This document shows positions 63,961 through 64,000 of a DNA stretch of 64,000 nucleotides, piece after piece. The notes beneath the pieces were generated by a model. The model was not told the DNA's origin. It did not search any database and saw only the letters and a list, made by a program, of their open reading frames with translations. Both the position numbers and the translations under genes were made by a program. Source of the stretch: a virus; the IMG/VR virus record IMGVR_UViG_3300023179_000054, positions 1-64,000 of that record, one strand, 5' to 3'. Position 1 is the stretch's first letter. Each line of letters starts with the position of its first letter.

Positions 63961-64000
63961 AATTTATCCTTACATAATAAAAAAGGTAGAAAAAGCAAAT

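Noticed and set aside
1-64000. Alternative genetic code, introns or inteins in core genes
   Set aside because: gp43, gp41, uvsX, gp44, gp46 and gp47 are uninterrupted and of normal length; TAA, TGA and TAG all act as stops

Overview
64 kb segment of a large T4-like (Tevenvirinae/Kyanoviridae-style) dsDNA phage, almost entirely minus-strand and read with the standard code. It carries the T4 replication/recombination core (gp47, gp46, dNMP kinase, gp45, gp44, gp62, regA, dUTPase, Hsp20, gp43, UvsX, gp40-like, gp41) and three tRNAs (Pro-TGG, Arg-TCT, an atypical Gly). Accessory content is heavy. About ten AT-rich 2OG-Fe(II)/JmjC oxygenases and three tryptophan-halogenase-family flavoproteins are inserted singly between other genes. 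There is also a sulfotransferase/APS-kinase pair, a carbamoyltransferase, an ~11 kb sugar-nucleotide/glycosyltransferase cluster, two GIY-YIG nucleases, a methyltransferase-plus-unknown insertion between the clamp-loader genes, secreted cell-wall enzymes and spanins. Host-like genes and operators suggest an alphaproteobacterial (Rhizobiales/Methylocystis-like) host (inference). Most notable: (1) a plcP-agt-like phospholipid-to-glycolipid remodelling pair; (2) an array of short genes punctuated by a conserved DNA repeat that contains the next gene's RBS; (3) structured intergenic elements, including an antisense RNA candidate over a homing-endonuclease start, a leader complementary to early-promoter -10 boxes, and ROSE-like thermometers; (4) PhaR-like operators; (5) an SEYP substitution in polymerase motif A. 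All family calls come from motif recognition by eye; no database searches were run.
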